Assembly (NCBI GenBank): GCA_902529935.1
Contig: CABZYK010000001.1
Coordinates: 92,268-156,267 of the forward strand
Length of the DNA stretch: 64,000 nt
Direction of reading: 5' to 3'
Source: an uncultured SAR86 cluster bacterium
GTDB taxonomy: Bacteria > Pseudomonadota > Gammaproteobacteria > Magnimaribacterales > AG-339-G14
Shown here: one piece after another, positions 1 through 10,834 of the stretch
How the letters are laid out: each line of letters opens with the position of its first letter
Numbering within the stretch: the stretch's first letter is position 1
Notes under the pieces: model-generated
Database searches by the model: none
What the model was told of the DNA's origin: nothing
The model's input: only the letters and a program-made list of their open reading frames with translations
Translations under genes and position numbers: made by a program

Positions 1-1287
1 AAAAAAAGATTTGAACTTATCAGAGGTATGTTTAATAGCATGTCGCCTTTTGATATTGCATCAGCTTTAGAGTCAAGCAGCCCTAATAACAGAAGAATTT
101 TATGGGAGCTTGTAGATATAAGTGTTGAAGGAGAAGTGTTAAATGAGTTATCCATAGAGGTAAGAGAATTCTTCTTATCTAACATGGATGCTACCGAGGT
201 TGCTCAAGTAACTGAAAAGCTTGAAGCGGATGAAATAGTTGAAATTATTCAGGAATTACCCGAAAAGGTAATTGGAGATGTATTGAAGGCTATGTCAAGC
301 CAAAATAGAGAGCTTGTTAGTAAAGATCTTTCTTTTGCCAAAGGTACTGCGGGAAGAATGATGAATCCTGACGTTGTGGTGGTTAGACCCTCACATACCA
401 TCGAGGTAATAAGACGTTACCTAAGGATTAGAGATGAGCTCCCTCAAGATATGGATAAAGTTTTTGTTGTGAACAGAAACAATATTTTAAGAGGAAATTT
501 GCCTCTTACTAAGATCTTGTCGGCCAAAAGTTCAGACAAAGCCGAAGACTTAATGATCAGAAAATTTCATTCTTTGCTTGCTACAGACTCAGAGAAAGAA
601 GTTGATAGATTATTTGAACGTAATCATCTTATTTCTGCTCCTGTGATCAATAATGAAGGTGAACTTTTAGGAAGAATTACAATTGATGATGTCATAGATT
701 CAATTAAGGAAGAAGTCGATCAGCCCTTCAGACAAATTTCAGGATTAAGCAGAGATACTTTTCAAGAAACCTTCTTAGCCTTGAGATCTCGCGGATTGTG
801 GTTGGGTGCAAACCTCATAACAGCTCTTCTTGCCTCTTCTGTCATTAATCTATTTCAGGGAACTATTGAAAAGGTCATATTTCTAGCAGTTTTAATGCCG
901 ATAATTGCGAGTATGGGCGGTGTTGCTGCAACTCAAACTCTGGCAATCACCGTGAGAGGCCTAGCCTTAGGTCAAATAGTTTCAGGCAATATAAGATGGA
1001 TATTATCAAGAGAATTAATTGTTTCTTTTTGGAACGGTCTTTTTTGGTCAATAATTTTAGGTTTGATAGCCTCACTCTGGTTTAAAGATTTTGATATCTT
1101 TTTTATTGTCATCTTCTCTATGACAATAAATTTAATTGCAGCAGCATTATCAGGTATCTCCATACCTCTTATATTGAGAAAATTAAAATTTGATCCGGCT
1201 ATTGGCGGTGGAGTAATTGTTACAACAGTAACAGATATCGTTGGTTTTTTTACTTTTCTTGGAATCGCATCTATCGTTTACGCATAA
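1..1287 (+). CDS. mgtE: Magnesium transporter MgtE (5' end probably outside the window)
   Basis: MgtE N domain, CBS pair, TM motifs 'MPIIASMGG' and 'DPAIGGGVIVTTVTDIVGF'; frame open to base 1. Confidence 0.93.
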   Translation, partial: KKRFELIRGMFNSMSPFDIASALESSSPNNRRILWELVDISVEGEVLNELSIEVREFFLSNMDATEVAQVTEKLEADEIVEIIQELPEKVIGDVLKAMSSQNRELVSKDLSFAKGTAGRMMNPDVVVVRPSHTIEVIRRYLRIRDELPQDMDKVFVVNRNNILRGNLPLTKILSAKSSDKAEDLMIRKFHSLLATDSEKEVDRLFERNHLISAPVINNEGELLGRITIDDVIDSIKEEVDQPFRQISGLSRDTFQETFLALRSRGLWLGANLITALLASSVINLFQGTIEKVIFLAVLMPIIASMGGVAATQTLAITVRGLALGQIVSGNIRWILSRELIVSFWNGLFWSIILGLIASLWFKDFDIFFIVIFSMTINLIAAALSGISIPLILRKLKFDPAIGGGVIVTTVTDIVGFFTFLGIASIVYA

Positions 1288-1790
1288 GTATATTTTCTTC
1301 TGACAATCCTTAATAATCCAAACAAAATAGGCCATACCAAAGCTGAAATTAAACTGTTTAATATAATTGCTAGGATGATAAAAAAACTGAATTCCTGAAA
1401 AAAAACATAAAGACTTAATAAGTAAAGAAATACGATACTTCCTATCAAGATAGATTGTTGAATTTGAAACATGGCCCTGATCCTATGAAAATACCTCTGA
1501 GTTAAATAAGATATGATTAAAAAAAGGATCACATGAGTTCCTAAAAAATACCCTAGATTTAAATCCAAAAGAATCCCTGAAATAAATGACCAAGACAGAC
1601 CAATATTTTTTGGTAAAGCAATATTCCAATAAATTAGAATCATTAAAGTAATCGGAATGGAAGATCCATAAATTTCTAGTGAAAAGAAATTTAAGAGCGA
1701 TTGAAAAAAAACTCCAAATATTAATGAAATGCCAATTGCTGATTGAGTGGAAAAAGTCTTATTAGGATTTCTTGAAGAAAAATAAGCCAT
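1278..1790 (-). CDS. mreD: Rod shape-determining protein MreD
   Basis: Hydrophobic 170 aa, 'LIYWNIALP', 'GILLDL'; follows mreC. Confidence 0.9.
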   Translation of the reverse strand: MAYFSSRNPNKTFSTQSAIGISLIFGVFFQSLLNFFSLEIYGSSIPITLMILIYWNIALPKNIGLSWSFISGILLDLNLGYFLGTHVILFLIISYLTQRYFHRIRAMFQIQQSILIGSIVFLYLLSLYVFFQEFSFFIILAIILNSLISALVWPILFGLLRIVRRKYTYA

Positions 1791-2635
1791 TACGGTAAAG
1801 TTAACAAAATCTGATCGCCAGAACTAAATTCTGAAGTTCCAAGTACCTCAATTTCTAAAAATTCATTATTTGATGTTGCTGAAATTTTATTAACTATTCC
1901 TACATCAATTCCCTTGGGATATTTCTTGCCAAGGCCGGATGTTACAAGTTTATCGCCTGGAACAATATCTTCGTTTTTCTTTAATCCTTTAATTAAAAAA
2001 TTCTGAGGCATATCAGTTCCAACTAAAATCATGTTTGAATTTGTTCTTCTATTTCTTATAGGAATTTGAGAATCTTCAGCAAAAATTGGTTTAATTTCAA
2101 CTTTGGAACCTGCTGATAACTCTACCGATCCTATCAAGCCGGTCCAATTAAATGCTACCATTTGATCAGCTTTTTGACTCCTATTAATCCCCACAGTTAG
2201 TGAAGGTTTAGGAGCATAATTTATCTCTTCTATTTCGCCATAGATGAACTCTTTTTTACTAGTCTTTTCTAGGTATCCCAATAATTTTTTCAGTTCTATA
2301 TTTTCCTGAAGGACCCTTTCATAATTTATAAGATTGAATCTTTGTTCATCGACGTCTTTTTCTAAACGTAGTATTTCATTTTGTAATATTTCCCTATCCT
2401 CGAAATAATCAGAAAAAGAAATCCATCCTCCTCTTACAAATTGCGGTATATAAATTATAGGCTCTGTAGCAAAACCAACATAAATCTTTACTTTTTCTCC
2501 TAGATTAAATCGAACATCAGCTGCGAGGATTAAAATGGCAAAGAGTATAGATGGAACCACTCTGGAAAGTCTCATGGAGCCAGTTGTAAAAATGGCTTTT
2601 TGAGCAATTACAGCTTGTTTATGCTCCTTGGCCAT
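1790..2635 (-). CDS. mreC: Rod shape-determining protein MreC
   Basis: TM plus coiled coil 'ENIELKKLL', 'GDKLVTSGLGKKYPKGIDVG'. Confidence 0.92.
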   Translation of the reverse strand: MAKEHKQAVIAQKAIFTTGSMRLSRVVPSILFAILILAADVRFNLGEKVKIYVGFATEPIIYIPQFVRGGWISFSDYFEDREILQNEILRLEKDVDEQRFNLINYERVLQENIELKKLLGYLEKTSKKEFIYGEIEEINYAPKPSLTVGINRSQKADQMVAFNWTGLIGSVELSAGSKVEIKPIFAEDSQIPIRNRRTNSNMILVGTDMPQNFLIKGLKKNEDIVPGDKLVTSGLGKKYPKGIDVGIVNKISATSNNEFLEIEVLGTSEFSSGDQILLTLP

Positions 2636-2644
2636 AAGGGATTA

Positions 2645-3685
2645 TTAATCTGTTGATAAAAGATCGATATCGTATTTATCCATTATTTCTAAGGCAACTC
2701 CCCCTCCTCTCGCAACGCAAGTAAGAGGATCATCAGCTGGGATAACAGGTATACCTGTTTGTTCTGAGATCATAACATCAAGGTCTCTGAGTAATGCTCC
2801 TCCACCAGTCAAAACAATTCCTCTTTCTGATATATCGGAACTCAGCTCAGGTGGAGATTGCTCTAGACCATTTTTGATTGCTTGCAATATAGAAGATAGA
2901 GGGCCAGACATTGCTTCATATACTTCTAAACTTGAAATAGAAAGAGTGTTAGGTACACCCTCAGCTAAATTACGCCCTCTGATTTCCATCTCTTGTAACT
3001 CACTTTCAGGAGTAGCACATCCAATAGTTTCTTTTATTCTTTCAGCAGTAGATTCACCAATGAGAATTCCATATTTTCTTCTTAAATAAGAAATTATTGA
3101 TTCATTAAGCCTGTCTCCACCAGTTTTTAATGAGTTTGAGTAAACCACTCCATTGAGTGCCAGTATAGCAACCTCAGTGGTACCACCACCAATATCAACT
3201 ACCATGGATCCAAAAGCCTCCTCTACAGGAAGTCCAGCTCCAATTGCAGCAGCCATAGGCTCTTCTATTAGTCTTACTTCTCTTGCCCCAGCTCCAAGCA
3301 CGGACTCTCTGATTGCTCTTCGCTCCACTTGTGTTGATTGACAAGGTACGCACACAAGAATTCTCGGGCTAGGTCGCATAAAATTATCGCCATGAACTTG
3401 TTGAATGAAGTGTTGAAGCATTTTCTCAGTAACCTGAAAATCTGCTATAACTCCATCTTTCAGCGGTCTTATTGCTTCAATGTTTCCTGGAACTCTTCCA
3501 AGCATCCTTTTTGCTTCAGTTCCAACTGCTACTACTGTTCTTGCCCCTTCAGTTTTTCTAATTGCAACTACACTAGGTTCATTGAGGACAATTCCTTTAT
3601 CTCGGACGTAAACAAGAGTATTTGCCGTTCCAAGATCAATTGATAAATCATTGGAGTATAATCCTCTAAAATATTTTAGTACCAT
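2645..3685 (-). CDS. mreB: Actin-like rod shape protein MreB
   Basis: 'IDLGTANT', 'DIGGGTTE', 'LTGGGALL'. Confidence 0.98.
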   Translation of the reverse strand: MVLKYFRGLYSNDLSIDLGTANTLVYVRDKGIVLNEPSVVAIRKTEGARTVVAVGTEAKRMLGRVPGNIEAIRPLKDGVIADFQVTEKMLQHFIQQVHGDNFMRPSPRILVCVPCQSTQVERRAIRESVLGAGAREVRLIEEPMAAAIGAGLPVEEAFGSMVVDIGGGTTEVAILALNGVVYSNSLKTGGDRLNESIISYLRRKYGILIGESTAERIKETIGCATPESELQEMEIRGRNLAEGVPNTLSISSLEVYEAMSGPLSSILQAIKNGLEQSPPELSSDISERGIVLTGGGALLRDLDVMISEQTGIPVIPADDPLTCVARGGGVALEIMDKYDIDLLSTD

Positions 3686-3707
3686 TGCTTTCTCGTTTTA
3701 TAAGCGA

Positions 3708-3736
3708 ATCGTATCAATGCTCTGTCGAAGGGGCAA
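3708..3736 (-). promoter_or_regulatory. Putative sigma70 promoter of mreB
   Basis: TTGCCC-17 nt-TACGAT with TGn extension. Confidence 0.55.
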
Positions 3737-3764
3737 GAAATAGCAATAAAATAAAATTTGAAAA

Positions 3765-4052
3765 ATGACAATAAATGATAAGACTTTAGAAAATCTTTCG
3801 AAATTATCTAAGATTAAAATTGACGATAATCTTAGAGATAAATTGAAAGAAGATCTTAATTTGACGATGAATATGATTGATAAAATTAATAAAATTGATT
3901 GCGATCAAATAGAAGAACTAAGTCATCCAATAAAAGATAATTTTAATTTAAGAGAAGATATAGTTTCTGAAAATATCAACAGAGAAAGTCTTCAAAAAAC
4001 TTCAAATAAAACTGAAGACGGATTTTACCTCGTGCCTAAAGTTATTGAATAA
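3765..4052 (+). CDS. gatC: Asp/Glu-tRNA amidotransferase subunit C
   Basis: 95 aa, 'LREDIV', 'GFYLVPKVIE'; precedes gatA. Confidence 0.93.
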   Translation: MTINDKTLENLSKLSKIKIDDNLRDKLKEDLNLTMNMIDKINKIDCDQIEELSHPIKDNFNLREDIVSENINRESLQKTSNKTEDGFYLVPKVIE

Positions 4053-5477
4053 ATGAATTTGGAAACATTAACACTTCATGAGCAGATAGATGGCTTAAGA
4101 GAAAAGAAATTTTCTTCCGTAGAGCTTGTAGAAAATTATATTTCGGTAATAGAAGATAAAGAAGATCTCAATATCTTTGTATCCAATGATTTTGAAAAAG
4201 CGCTTGAGAAAGCAAAAAAGTCTGATGGGTCTAAAAAGAGCCAAAAAGATATCCCTTTGAATGGAATACCAATGGTACACAAAGACATTTTTTGTACTAA
4301 AGGTATCAAAACATCATGCGGATCAAAAATGTTGGATAATTTTTATCCTCCCTACTCCGCAACAGTTGTAGAAAAGTTAGAACAAGCTGGATCAATTTGT
4401 CTAGGAAAGGCAAACATGGATGAATTTGCGATGGGATCTTCAAATGAAACAAGCTTTTATGGAGCAGTAAAAAATCCTCTTAACATTAAAAAAACTCCAG
4501 GAGGTTCTTCTGGAGGATCTGCAGCAGCGGTTGCCGCAAACTTCAGTAGCTTTTCAACTGGAACTGACACAGGAGGATCTATAAGACAACCTGCTTCATT
4601 TTGCGGCATAGCAGGAATTAAGCCAACCTATGGAAGGGTATCTAGGTATGGAATGATTGCCTTTGCATCAAGTCTTGATCAGGGAGGAATACTTGCAAAA
4701 AATATAAAAGATGCGGCGATTGCTCTTCAATACATATCAGGGTATGACTCAAAAGATGCTACTTCGATAAAAGTGGAAGTTCCCAATTTTTCTGAAGATT
4801 GTGAATCAAGTGAATTTGAGCATGTTGTTGGTTTGGTTACTGATTTAATTCATTCTTTTGGAGATGAAGATTTATCAAAAAATTATGGTGAAGCCATCAA
4901 GAGGCTAGAAAAATTAAAAATTAAGACGAAAGAGATTAGATTACCAAATTTAGAATTATCATTACCTGTTTATTACGTAATAGCCCCTGCTGAATGTTCA
5001 GCTAACTTATCTAGATATGATGGCATCAGGTTTGGATACAGAGCTGAGAACGTTGAAAATCTCGAAGATCTATATTTTAAATCTAGAGGAGAAGGTTTTG
5101 GAAACGAAACAAAAAAAAGGATACTTATAGGAACTTATTGCTTATCTTCAGGATTTTATGATGCTTACTACAAAAAAGCACAAAAGATAAGAAACCTGAT
5201 TTCAAGTGATTTTGTTAATGCATTCAAAGAAGTTACTTCAGTAATGTTGCCTACAACATCTGGAGAGGCTTTTGATTTGGGTTCAATAACTGATCCTGTT
5301 GAAATGTATAAACAGGATATTTTTACTATTCCTGCAAACCTCGGAGGTTTACCTGCTACATCTGTACCATTTGGAGAAAAGAATAATATGCCCCTTGGAA
5401 TACAATTCATAGGAAACATTTTAGAGGAGTCCTCGCTTTTAAATATTTCTAATAAATTTCAGTTAGGTGAAAAATGA
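4053..5477 (+). CDS. gatA: Asp/Glu-tRNA amidotransferase subunit A
   Basis: Amidase signature 'PGGSSGGSAAAVA...GTDTGGSIRQPA'. Confidence 0.97.
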   Translation: MNLETLTLHEQIDGLREKKFSSVELVENYISVIEDKEDLNIFVSNDFEKALEKAKKSDGSKKSQKDIPLNGIPMVHKDIFCTKGIKTSCGSKMLDNFYPPYSATVVEKLEQAGSICLGKANMDEFAMGSSNETSFYGAVKNPLNIKKTPGGSSGGSAAAVAANFSSFSTGTDTGGSIRQPASFCGIAGIKPTYGRVSRYGMIAFASSLDQGGILAKNIKDAAIALQYISGYDSKDATSIKVEVPNFSEDCESSEFEHVVGLVTDLIHSFGDEDLSKNYGEAIKRLEKLKIKTKEIRLPNLELSLPVYYVIAPAECSANLSRYDGIRFGYRAENVENLEDLYFKSRGEGFGNETKKRILIGTYCLSSGFYDAYYKKAQKIRNLISSDFVNAFKEVTSVMLPTTSGEAFDLGSITDPVEMYKQDIFTIPANLGGLPATSVPFGEKNNMPLGIQFIGNILEESSLLNISNKFQLGEK

Positions 5478-6913
5478 ATGACAAATGGGAAAGTGTCATT
5501 GGACTGGAAATTCATGTTCAGTTGAATTCAGAATCTAAAATCTTTTCTAATGCTCCAACTAAATTTGGATCTGATCAGAATCTGCAAGCATGCGAAGTTG
5601 ATCTTGGAATGCCAGGCACTCTTCCAGTTTTAAATGAAAAAGCCATTGAAAAGGCTATAAAGTTTGGAGTTGCTATTAATGCAGAGATTGCTGAGAAAGT
5701 TGGCTTTGCTAGAAAAAACTATTTTTATCCTGATTTACCAAAAGGTTATCAAATAAGTCAACTTGATGATCCAATAGTTGGCAAAGGATCAATTGAAATT
5801 CAACTAGGAGATCAGGAGATCAAAACAATTGGAATCACAAGAGCTCATCTCGAAGAAGATGCTGGCAAGTCGATACATGATCTATTTGAAAATGAGACTG
5901 CGATTGATCTTAATAGAGCTGGCACACCTTTATTAGAAATTGTCTCTGAGCCGGATATGTCGAATTCTGAAGAAGCGGTTGCTTACTTAAAAAAAATTCA
6001 TTCTATAGTTTGTGCTTTGGAAATTTCTGATGGGAATATGTCTCAGGGTTCAATGAGATGCGATGCAAATGTCTCTGTAAGAAAGAAAGGCGATAAAAAA
6101 TTAGGCACAAGAACGGAACTTAAAAATATAAATTCTTTCAAATTTGTCGAAAAAGCAATTAATTTTGAAATAAAACGCCAAATTTCTTGTCTGGAAAAAG
6201 GAGAAGAGATTGTTCAAGAGACTAGGCTGTATGATGCTATAAATAATACTACTAGATCAATGAGATCAAAAGAGGAAGCTAACGACTATAGATATTTTCC
6301 TGAACCAGACATAATCCCTATTCAAATTACATCTGATCAAATCCAGAGGATCAAAAATGAATTGCCTGAACTGCCTGATGAAAAAAAAGAAAGGTTTATA
6401 AATGAATTAGGTCTATCAGAATATGATGCAAGGAATCTTACATATGATCTAGAACTTGCATATTTCTTTGAAAAAACCTTGGTTAATATTGATGATCCTA
6501 AGCTTGTGGCAAATTGGATATTAGGAGACTTTTCAGCCATATTAAATAAATTTGACGCAGAAGCTAACAACTCAAAAGTTGATGCGATCAAATTCGCCGA
6601 ACTACTGACTTATCTCAAAGAAGAAAAAATCTCTGGGCAAGCTACGAAAAAGGTTCTGGAAAATATATGGGAAAATCCAGATTTATCTGTTTCCAAAAGC
6701 ATTCAAGACCTTGGTTTAGAGCAAATATCAGACGACAATGAGATTGAAGAGATAATAGAAAAGGTTATAAATAATAACCCTGATCAAAAAGAACAGTTTC
6801 TTTCTGGGAAAGATCGTTTATTTGGATTTTTTGTAGGCCAGGTAATGAAGGAATCCAAAGGCAAGGCCAATCCTAAGCTGGTAAATGAGATTCTAAAAAA
6901 GAAATTAGTCTAA
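5474..6913 (+). CDS. gatB: Asp/Glu-tRNA amidotransferase subunit B
   Basis: 'IGLEIHVQL', 'RKNYFYPDLPKGYQISQ', 'DYRYFPEPD'. Confidence 0.98.
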   Translation: MNDKWESVIGLEIHVQLNSESKIFSNAPTKFGSDQNLQACEVDLGMPGTLPVLNEKAIEKAIKFGVAINAEIAEKVGFARKNYFYPDLPKGYQISQLDDPIVGKGSIEIQLGDQEIKTIGITRAHLEEDAGKSIHDLFENETAIDLNRAGTPLLEIVSEPDMSNSEEAVAYLKKIHSIVCALEISDGNMSQGSMRCDANVSVRKKGDKKLGTRTELKNINSFKFVEKAINFEIKRQISCLEKGEEIVQETRLYDAINNTTRSMRSKEEANDYRYFPEPDIIPIQITSDQIQRIKNELPELPDEKKERFINELGLSEYDARNLTYDLELAYFFEKTLVNIDDPKLVANWILGDFSAILNKFDAEANNSKVDAIKFAELLTYLKEEKISGQATKKVLENIWENPDLSVSKSIQDLGLEQISDDNEIEEIIEKVINNNPDQKEQFLSGKDRLFGFFVGQVMKESKGKANPKLVNEILKKKLV

Positions 6914-7362
6914 GTTACATACATAGTGAGAGCTTCAGCTACATATGCTGGTTTTTCTTGCCCTTCAATTTCCATTTTTATTTCATTTTTAACTAGATAC
7001 CTTCCATCCCCTTTATCATCTACAGATAATAAAGTGGCTTTAGTTCGAACCTTTGAACCAACATTTACAGGAGTTAGAAATCTAACCTTATCTAAACCAT
7101 AATTAAAGGCCATTTTCATGTTCTCTGGAGCTACTTGAGGAGCAGGCATTCCAGCCATCAATGATAATGAGAGAAATCCATGAGCAATGGTGGAACCGAA
7201 TAATGGTGTTGCCTTTTCTTCATCGACATGAATGAATTGATGATCTAACGTTACATCAGCAAATTGATTTATTCTTTCTTGATCAATTTCCAACCAATCT
7301 GATGTACCCATATCTTTTCCTATGTAATCTTTTAAAGTATCTGCTGGTACTAATCCCGCCAT
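6910..7362 (-). CDS. MaoC/NodN-family hotdog dehydratase
   Basis: 'FADVTLDHQFIHVD', 'TIAHGFLSLSL', 'NYGLDKVRF'. Confidence 0.9.
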   Translation of the reverse strand: MAGLVPADTLKDYIGKDMGTSDWLEIDQERINQFADVTLDHQFIHVDEEKATPLFGSTIAHGFLSLSLMAGMPAPQVAPENMKMAFNYGLDKVRFLTPVNVGSKVRTKATLLSVDDKGDGRYLVKNEIKMEIEGQEKPAYVAEALTMYVT

Positions 7363-7363
7363 T

Positions 7364-8989
7364 TCAATCTCCTTTTGTAATTAAATGATTTTTATAATCT
7401 TCTCTTAAACCTGTTTTTAATAGTTTTCCAGTTGCTCCGTGAGGTAACTCATCAATGAAGATCACATCATCAGGCAACCACCACTTTGCAACTTTATCAG
7501 AAAGATACTCTAAAACAGATTCTTTTGTACATTCGTCAGAATTTTTAACGACAAATAGTAGAGGTCTCTCATCCCATTTTTCATGAGCAACTCCAACGAC
7601 ACATGCTTCCAAAACTCCAGGGCATCCGAGGGCGGTATTTTCTAGATCAATAGAACTTATCCACTCACCTCCAGACTTGATTACATCCTTACTCCTATCT
7701 ACTATCCTCATGTATCCATCTGGTGAAATAGTTGATACATCTCCAGTATCAAACCAACCATTTTCTAAAGCACTTTCTGATGACTTGTAATATCTTTCAA
7801 TTATTGCTGGTCCTTTAACCATTAACCTGCCAAAAGTTTTCCCATCGTTAGGCAAAGTATCTCCTTCATCATTAACAATTTTAATTTGGCATCCATATAT
7901 TGCTCTTCCTTGACTGGTTTGAAGCTCATAACGATCATCTAACTCCATCAAATCCATCTCTGCTGTATCTTGATTTAATGTTCCTAAAGGACTCATTTCA
8001 GTCATTCCCCACCCATGCAAAAGAAAAACGTTATGTTTTTCTTGGAAGTCTTTTATCATCGACTTAGGAGCGGCAGATCCACCTACTAATACTGAATTAA
8101 CATTTTTTAGGGTAATGTCCTTTTCATCTAAATAATTTAGTAACCCGAGCCACACTGTGGGAACACCAAGCAAATTATTCACTCCCTCATCGTTAATCAA
8201 GTTGTAAATAGACTCTCCATCAGTAAAAGGACCAGGAAATACTAATTTACACCCAAGCATACTAGCTGCATAAGGAACTCCCCAAGCATTAACGTGAAAC
8301 ATTGGAACCACTGGGAGGACAACACTTTTTGAAGTTAAATTCATTGCATTTCCTGCACTCGAGTACCAAGCATGAAGTATTGTAGATCTATGAGAATAGA
8401 GAACTCCTTTTGGATTTCCAGTTGTGCCAGACGTGTAACACAAAGAAGATGCTGTGTTTTCATCAAAAGTTGGCCAATCAAATGCTTCGCTCTCATCTTT
8501 AATTAGCTCTTCATAACACATCAAATTTTCTAGCTTTGAATCTTTGGGAAGGTTTTCTATGTCGCATAAAACAATGAAGCCTTTCACGTTTGTTAAATTT
8601 TTAGCAACTGCCTCAATTATTGGTATAAAAGGAAGATCAATAAAAAGATACTTATCTTCAGCATGATTAACTATGAAATCTATCTGCTCTGGAAAAAGCC
8701 TAGGGTTTAGAGTATGCAATACTGCTCCAATCCCAGAGATTCCAAAATAAAGTTCAAAATGTCGGTAGCCATTGACAGCCATTGTGCCGAGAACATCGCC
8801 TTCTTTAACTCCTAAGTTAACTAAGGCATTGGCAAGCTGCTTTGATCTTTTTGCAGCATCTAAAATAGAATATCTATGAATGTCTCCTTCAACTCTCTTG
8901 CTTACTATTTCAGTTTTAGAATTATTTTGAATTGCATGCTCAAGAATTCCTGAAATGAGCAAAGGTTCAGTCATCATATTACCCAGCAT
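7364..8989 (-). CDS. Acyl-CoA ligase (fatty-acid/3-methylmercaptopropionate CoA ligase, DmdB-like)
   Basis: AMP-binding '[11 protein letters not shown]', 'WGMTE', '[16 protein letters not shown]'; N-terminus '[19 protein letters not shown]'. Confidence 0.88.
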   Translation of the reverse strand: MLGNMMTEPLLISGILEHAIQNNSKTEIVSKRVEGDIHRYSILDAAKRSKQLANALVNLGVKEGDVLGTMAVNGYRHFELYFGISGIGAVLHTLNPRLFPEQIDFIVNHAEDKYLFIDLPFIPIIEAVAKNLTNVKGFIVLCDIENLPKDSKLENLMCYEELIKDESEAFDWPTFDENTASSLCYTSGTTGNPKGVLYSHRSTILHAWYSSAGNAMNLTSKSVVLPVVPMFHVNAWGVPYAASMLGCKLVFPGPFTDGESIYNLINDEGVNNLLGVPTVWLGLLNYLDEKDITLKNVNSVLVGGSAAPKSMIKDFQEKHNVFLLHGWGMTEMSPLGTLNQDTAEMDLMELDDRYELQTSQGRAIYGCQIKIVNDEGDTLPNDGKTFGRLMVKGPAIIERYYKSSESALENGWFDTGDVSTISPDGYMRIVDRSKDVIKSGGEWISSIDLENTALGCPGVLEACVVGVAHEKWDERPLLFVVKNSDECTKESVLEYLSDKVAKWWLPDDVIFIDELPHGATGKLLKTGLREDYKNHLITKGD

Positions 8990-9011
8990 AATTACCTCTT
9001 TATGATTAATA

Positions 9012-10064
9012 TTAATTAAAAGTCTGACTAACTAATGGAGAATATCTTCGATGCAAGTAAGTTTCAATAGTCTGCTTAGATTTAAAATTTTTTATTAGCT
9101 CTATATCGTTTAAGGCTTGAACTAAATAAGGTTTCCATTCCAAAAACAAATTATCATCTGTAGTCTCAAAAACTGCTTTCTTAATATCTTTAAAATTTCT
9201 AATCATTTTATTGATTTCAGATTTCTTGATATTTTTGAATGGACTATCAAACAAAGGCAGCAGTTCACTGGGTAAATTTATCTTTTTTTTCTTATCAAAA
9301 ACTTTACCTGTTAAAAATTCATCAGTTTCTATAAGGCCGGTGCCATTAATAACGTGTCCATAAGGATTACCTCTAAAAAAATCCCTGCCCGTAATATCGC
9401 CTAAAAAAAGCCTTGTAGGACAATAATCGTTTGCATAAAAATTATCCCAAATAACCACAGGATTCTTTATTACTTGACCTAGCTCTTTGAGGTGGTCTTG
9501 AGAAATAAAATCGCTAATTACTTTTGGACCCGTCCAAAGAAAAAATAAATCATTATTTATAGTTTCAGATACTCCTTCGAGATACTTATCATTTTGAATT
9601 CCTTTTTTAGAAAAGCTTTCGCAATAAATTGATGGACAAAACCATCCGTTACTGAGACCCAACTTAACAGTTACCTCTGAAATTAATTCGCCGTGAAATT
9701 TACCTAAATCCTTATCATCAGATTCTATTCCAATGTTATTTATATCAATATCATCAAACAATAAACCTACTTCGGAAAATCCTTTATCAATGGCAAAATT
9801 AAACTTTGAAAGCAGAAAGTTAAAATCCTTCTTAGATTTTCTATTAAAGTCTGCTCCTGGAGATAATGTATATACTTGAGCTATATTTTTGGGAATGCTT
9901 CGTGCTTCAAGAGATTTATCTTTTGAACGCCATTTTTGTCTGATGTGAGAATCTTCTTTTGGCGCATAAATGTAATGGGTAATGTTACTATTCTCAAAAC
10001 CATAATCGTTCTTTTTTGGCTTTCTATTATAAAAACCTTCTATGAATCCTCTGATTTTCATCAT
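9012..10064 (-). CDS. Glycoside hydrolase family 84 (O-GlcNAcase/beta-N-acetylglucosaminidase), no signal peptide
   Basis: 'GFIEGFY', 'YIYAPKED', 'LLFDDI', 'WTGPKVIS', 'IWDNFYANDY..RLFLG'; ATG overlaps moeB stop (TAATG). Confidence 0.85.
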   Translation of the reverse strand: MMKIRGFIEGFYNRKPKKNDYGFENSNITHYIYAPKEDSHIRQKWRSKDKSLEARSIPKNIAQVYTLSPGADFNRKSKKDFNFLLSKFNFAIDKGFSEVGLLFDDIDINNIGIESDDKDLGKFHGELISEVTVKLGLSNGWFCPSIYCESFSKKGIQNDKYLEGVSETINNDLFFLWTGPKVISDFISQDHLKELGQVIKNPVVIWDNFYANDYCPTRLFLGDITGRDFFRGNPYGHVINGTGLIETDEFLTGKVFDKKKKINLPSELLPLFDSPFKNIKKSEINKMIRNFKDIKKAVFETTDDNLFLEWKPYLVQALNDIELIKNFKSKQTIETYLHRRYSPLVSQTFN

Positions 10065-10834
10065 TAACACTTACCACAAATTTTACATTGGTTATTTTTT
10101 TTAAAAGATATTTCCCTGCTTAAATTATCTTTGAAATCAAAATCTTGGAAAATTTGGCAGTTCTTGGATATCTTAGTAATTGTTTTTATTGATTCTGAAG
10201 CTAACATTGACCCAATTATCCCTACTATTGGAGAAAATATTGCTGATTCTGTGCAGCTTAAGTCTTCCGAAGATGTATCTTCGAATAAGCATTCATAACA
10301 TGCACTATCATTTTGGAAATCAAATTTCATAAGCTGCCCTTTCCAATGAATGCATGAACCTGAAATTAAGGGTATTTTATTTTTATAACAAAAATTATTT
10401 GTATACCTTCTAGTTTCAAAATTATCAGAACAATCTATAACAATTTCGCTCTTTGTTATTTCATCAGGAACACTATTTTTTTCAAAACTTTGTCTGAATT
10501 TTTTTATATTCACATCAGGATTAAGTCTCAGTAAAGATGTAACTGCAGCATCGACTTTAAAAGCATTTAAGTCCTCTTCACGAAATAAAATTTGCCTTTG
10601 TAAGTTACTTAGATCAACTTGGTCAGGATCAAAGAGGTTTAAGTTACCAATTCCACTTGCAACCAGATACTGCGAGCAGGCGCATCCCAAACCACCAACC
10701 CCAATAATCGTGACAGTAGAATTTTTTAGTAGCTTTTGTCCCTCAACCCCTATGTCAGTAAGCATGATATTTCTGCTGTATTTCATCAGCTCTTTTTCAC
10801 TAAAGTTCACTTGGTTAGACACGCTACTCTCCAT
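10064..10834 (-). CDS. moeB: ThiF/MoeB-family adenylyltransferase
   Basis: 'YSRNIML..IGVEGQ', 'GVGGLG', 'SNLQRQ', two CxxC zinc motifs; follows prmC. Confidence 0.85.
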   Translation of the reverse strand: MESSVSNQVNFSEKELMKYSRNIMLTDIGVEGQKLLKNSTVTIIGVGGLGCACSQYLVASGIGNLNLFDPDQVDLSNLQRQILFREEDLNAFKVDAAVTSLLRLNPDVNIKKFRQSFEKNSVPDEITKSEIVIDCSDNFETRRYTNNFCYKNKIPLISGSCIHWKGQLMKFDFQNDSACYECLFEDTSSEDLSCTESAIFSPIVGIIGSMLASESIKTITKISKNCQIFQDFDFKDNLSREISFKKNNQCKICGKC

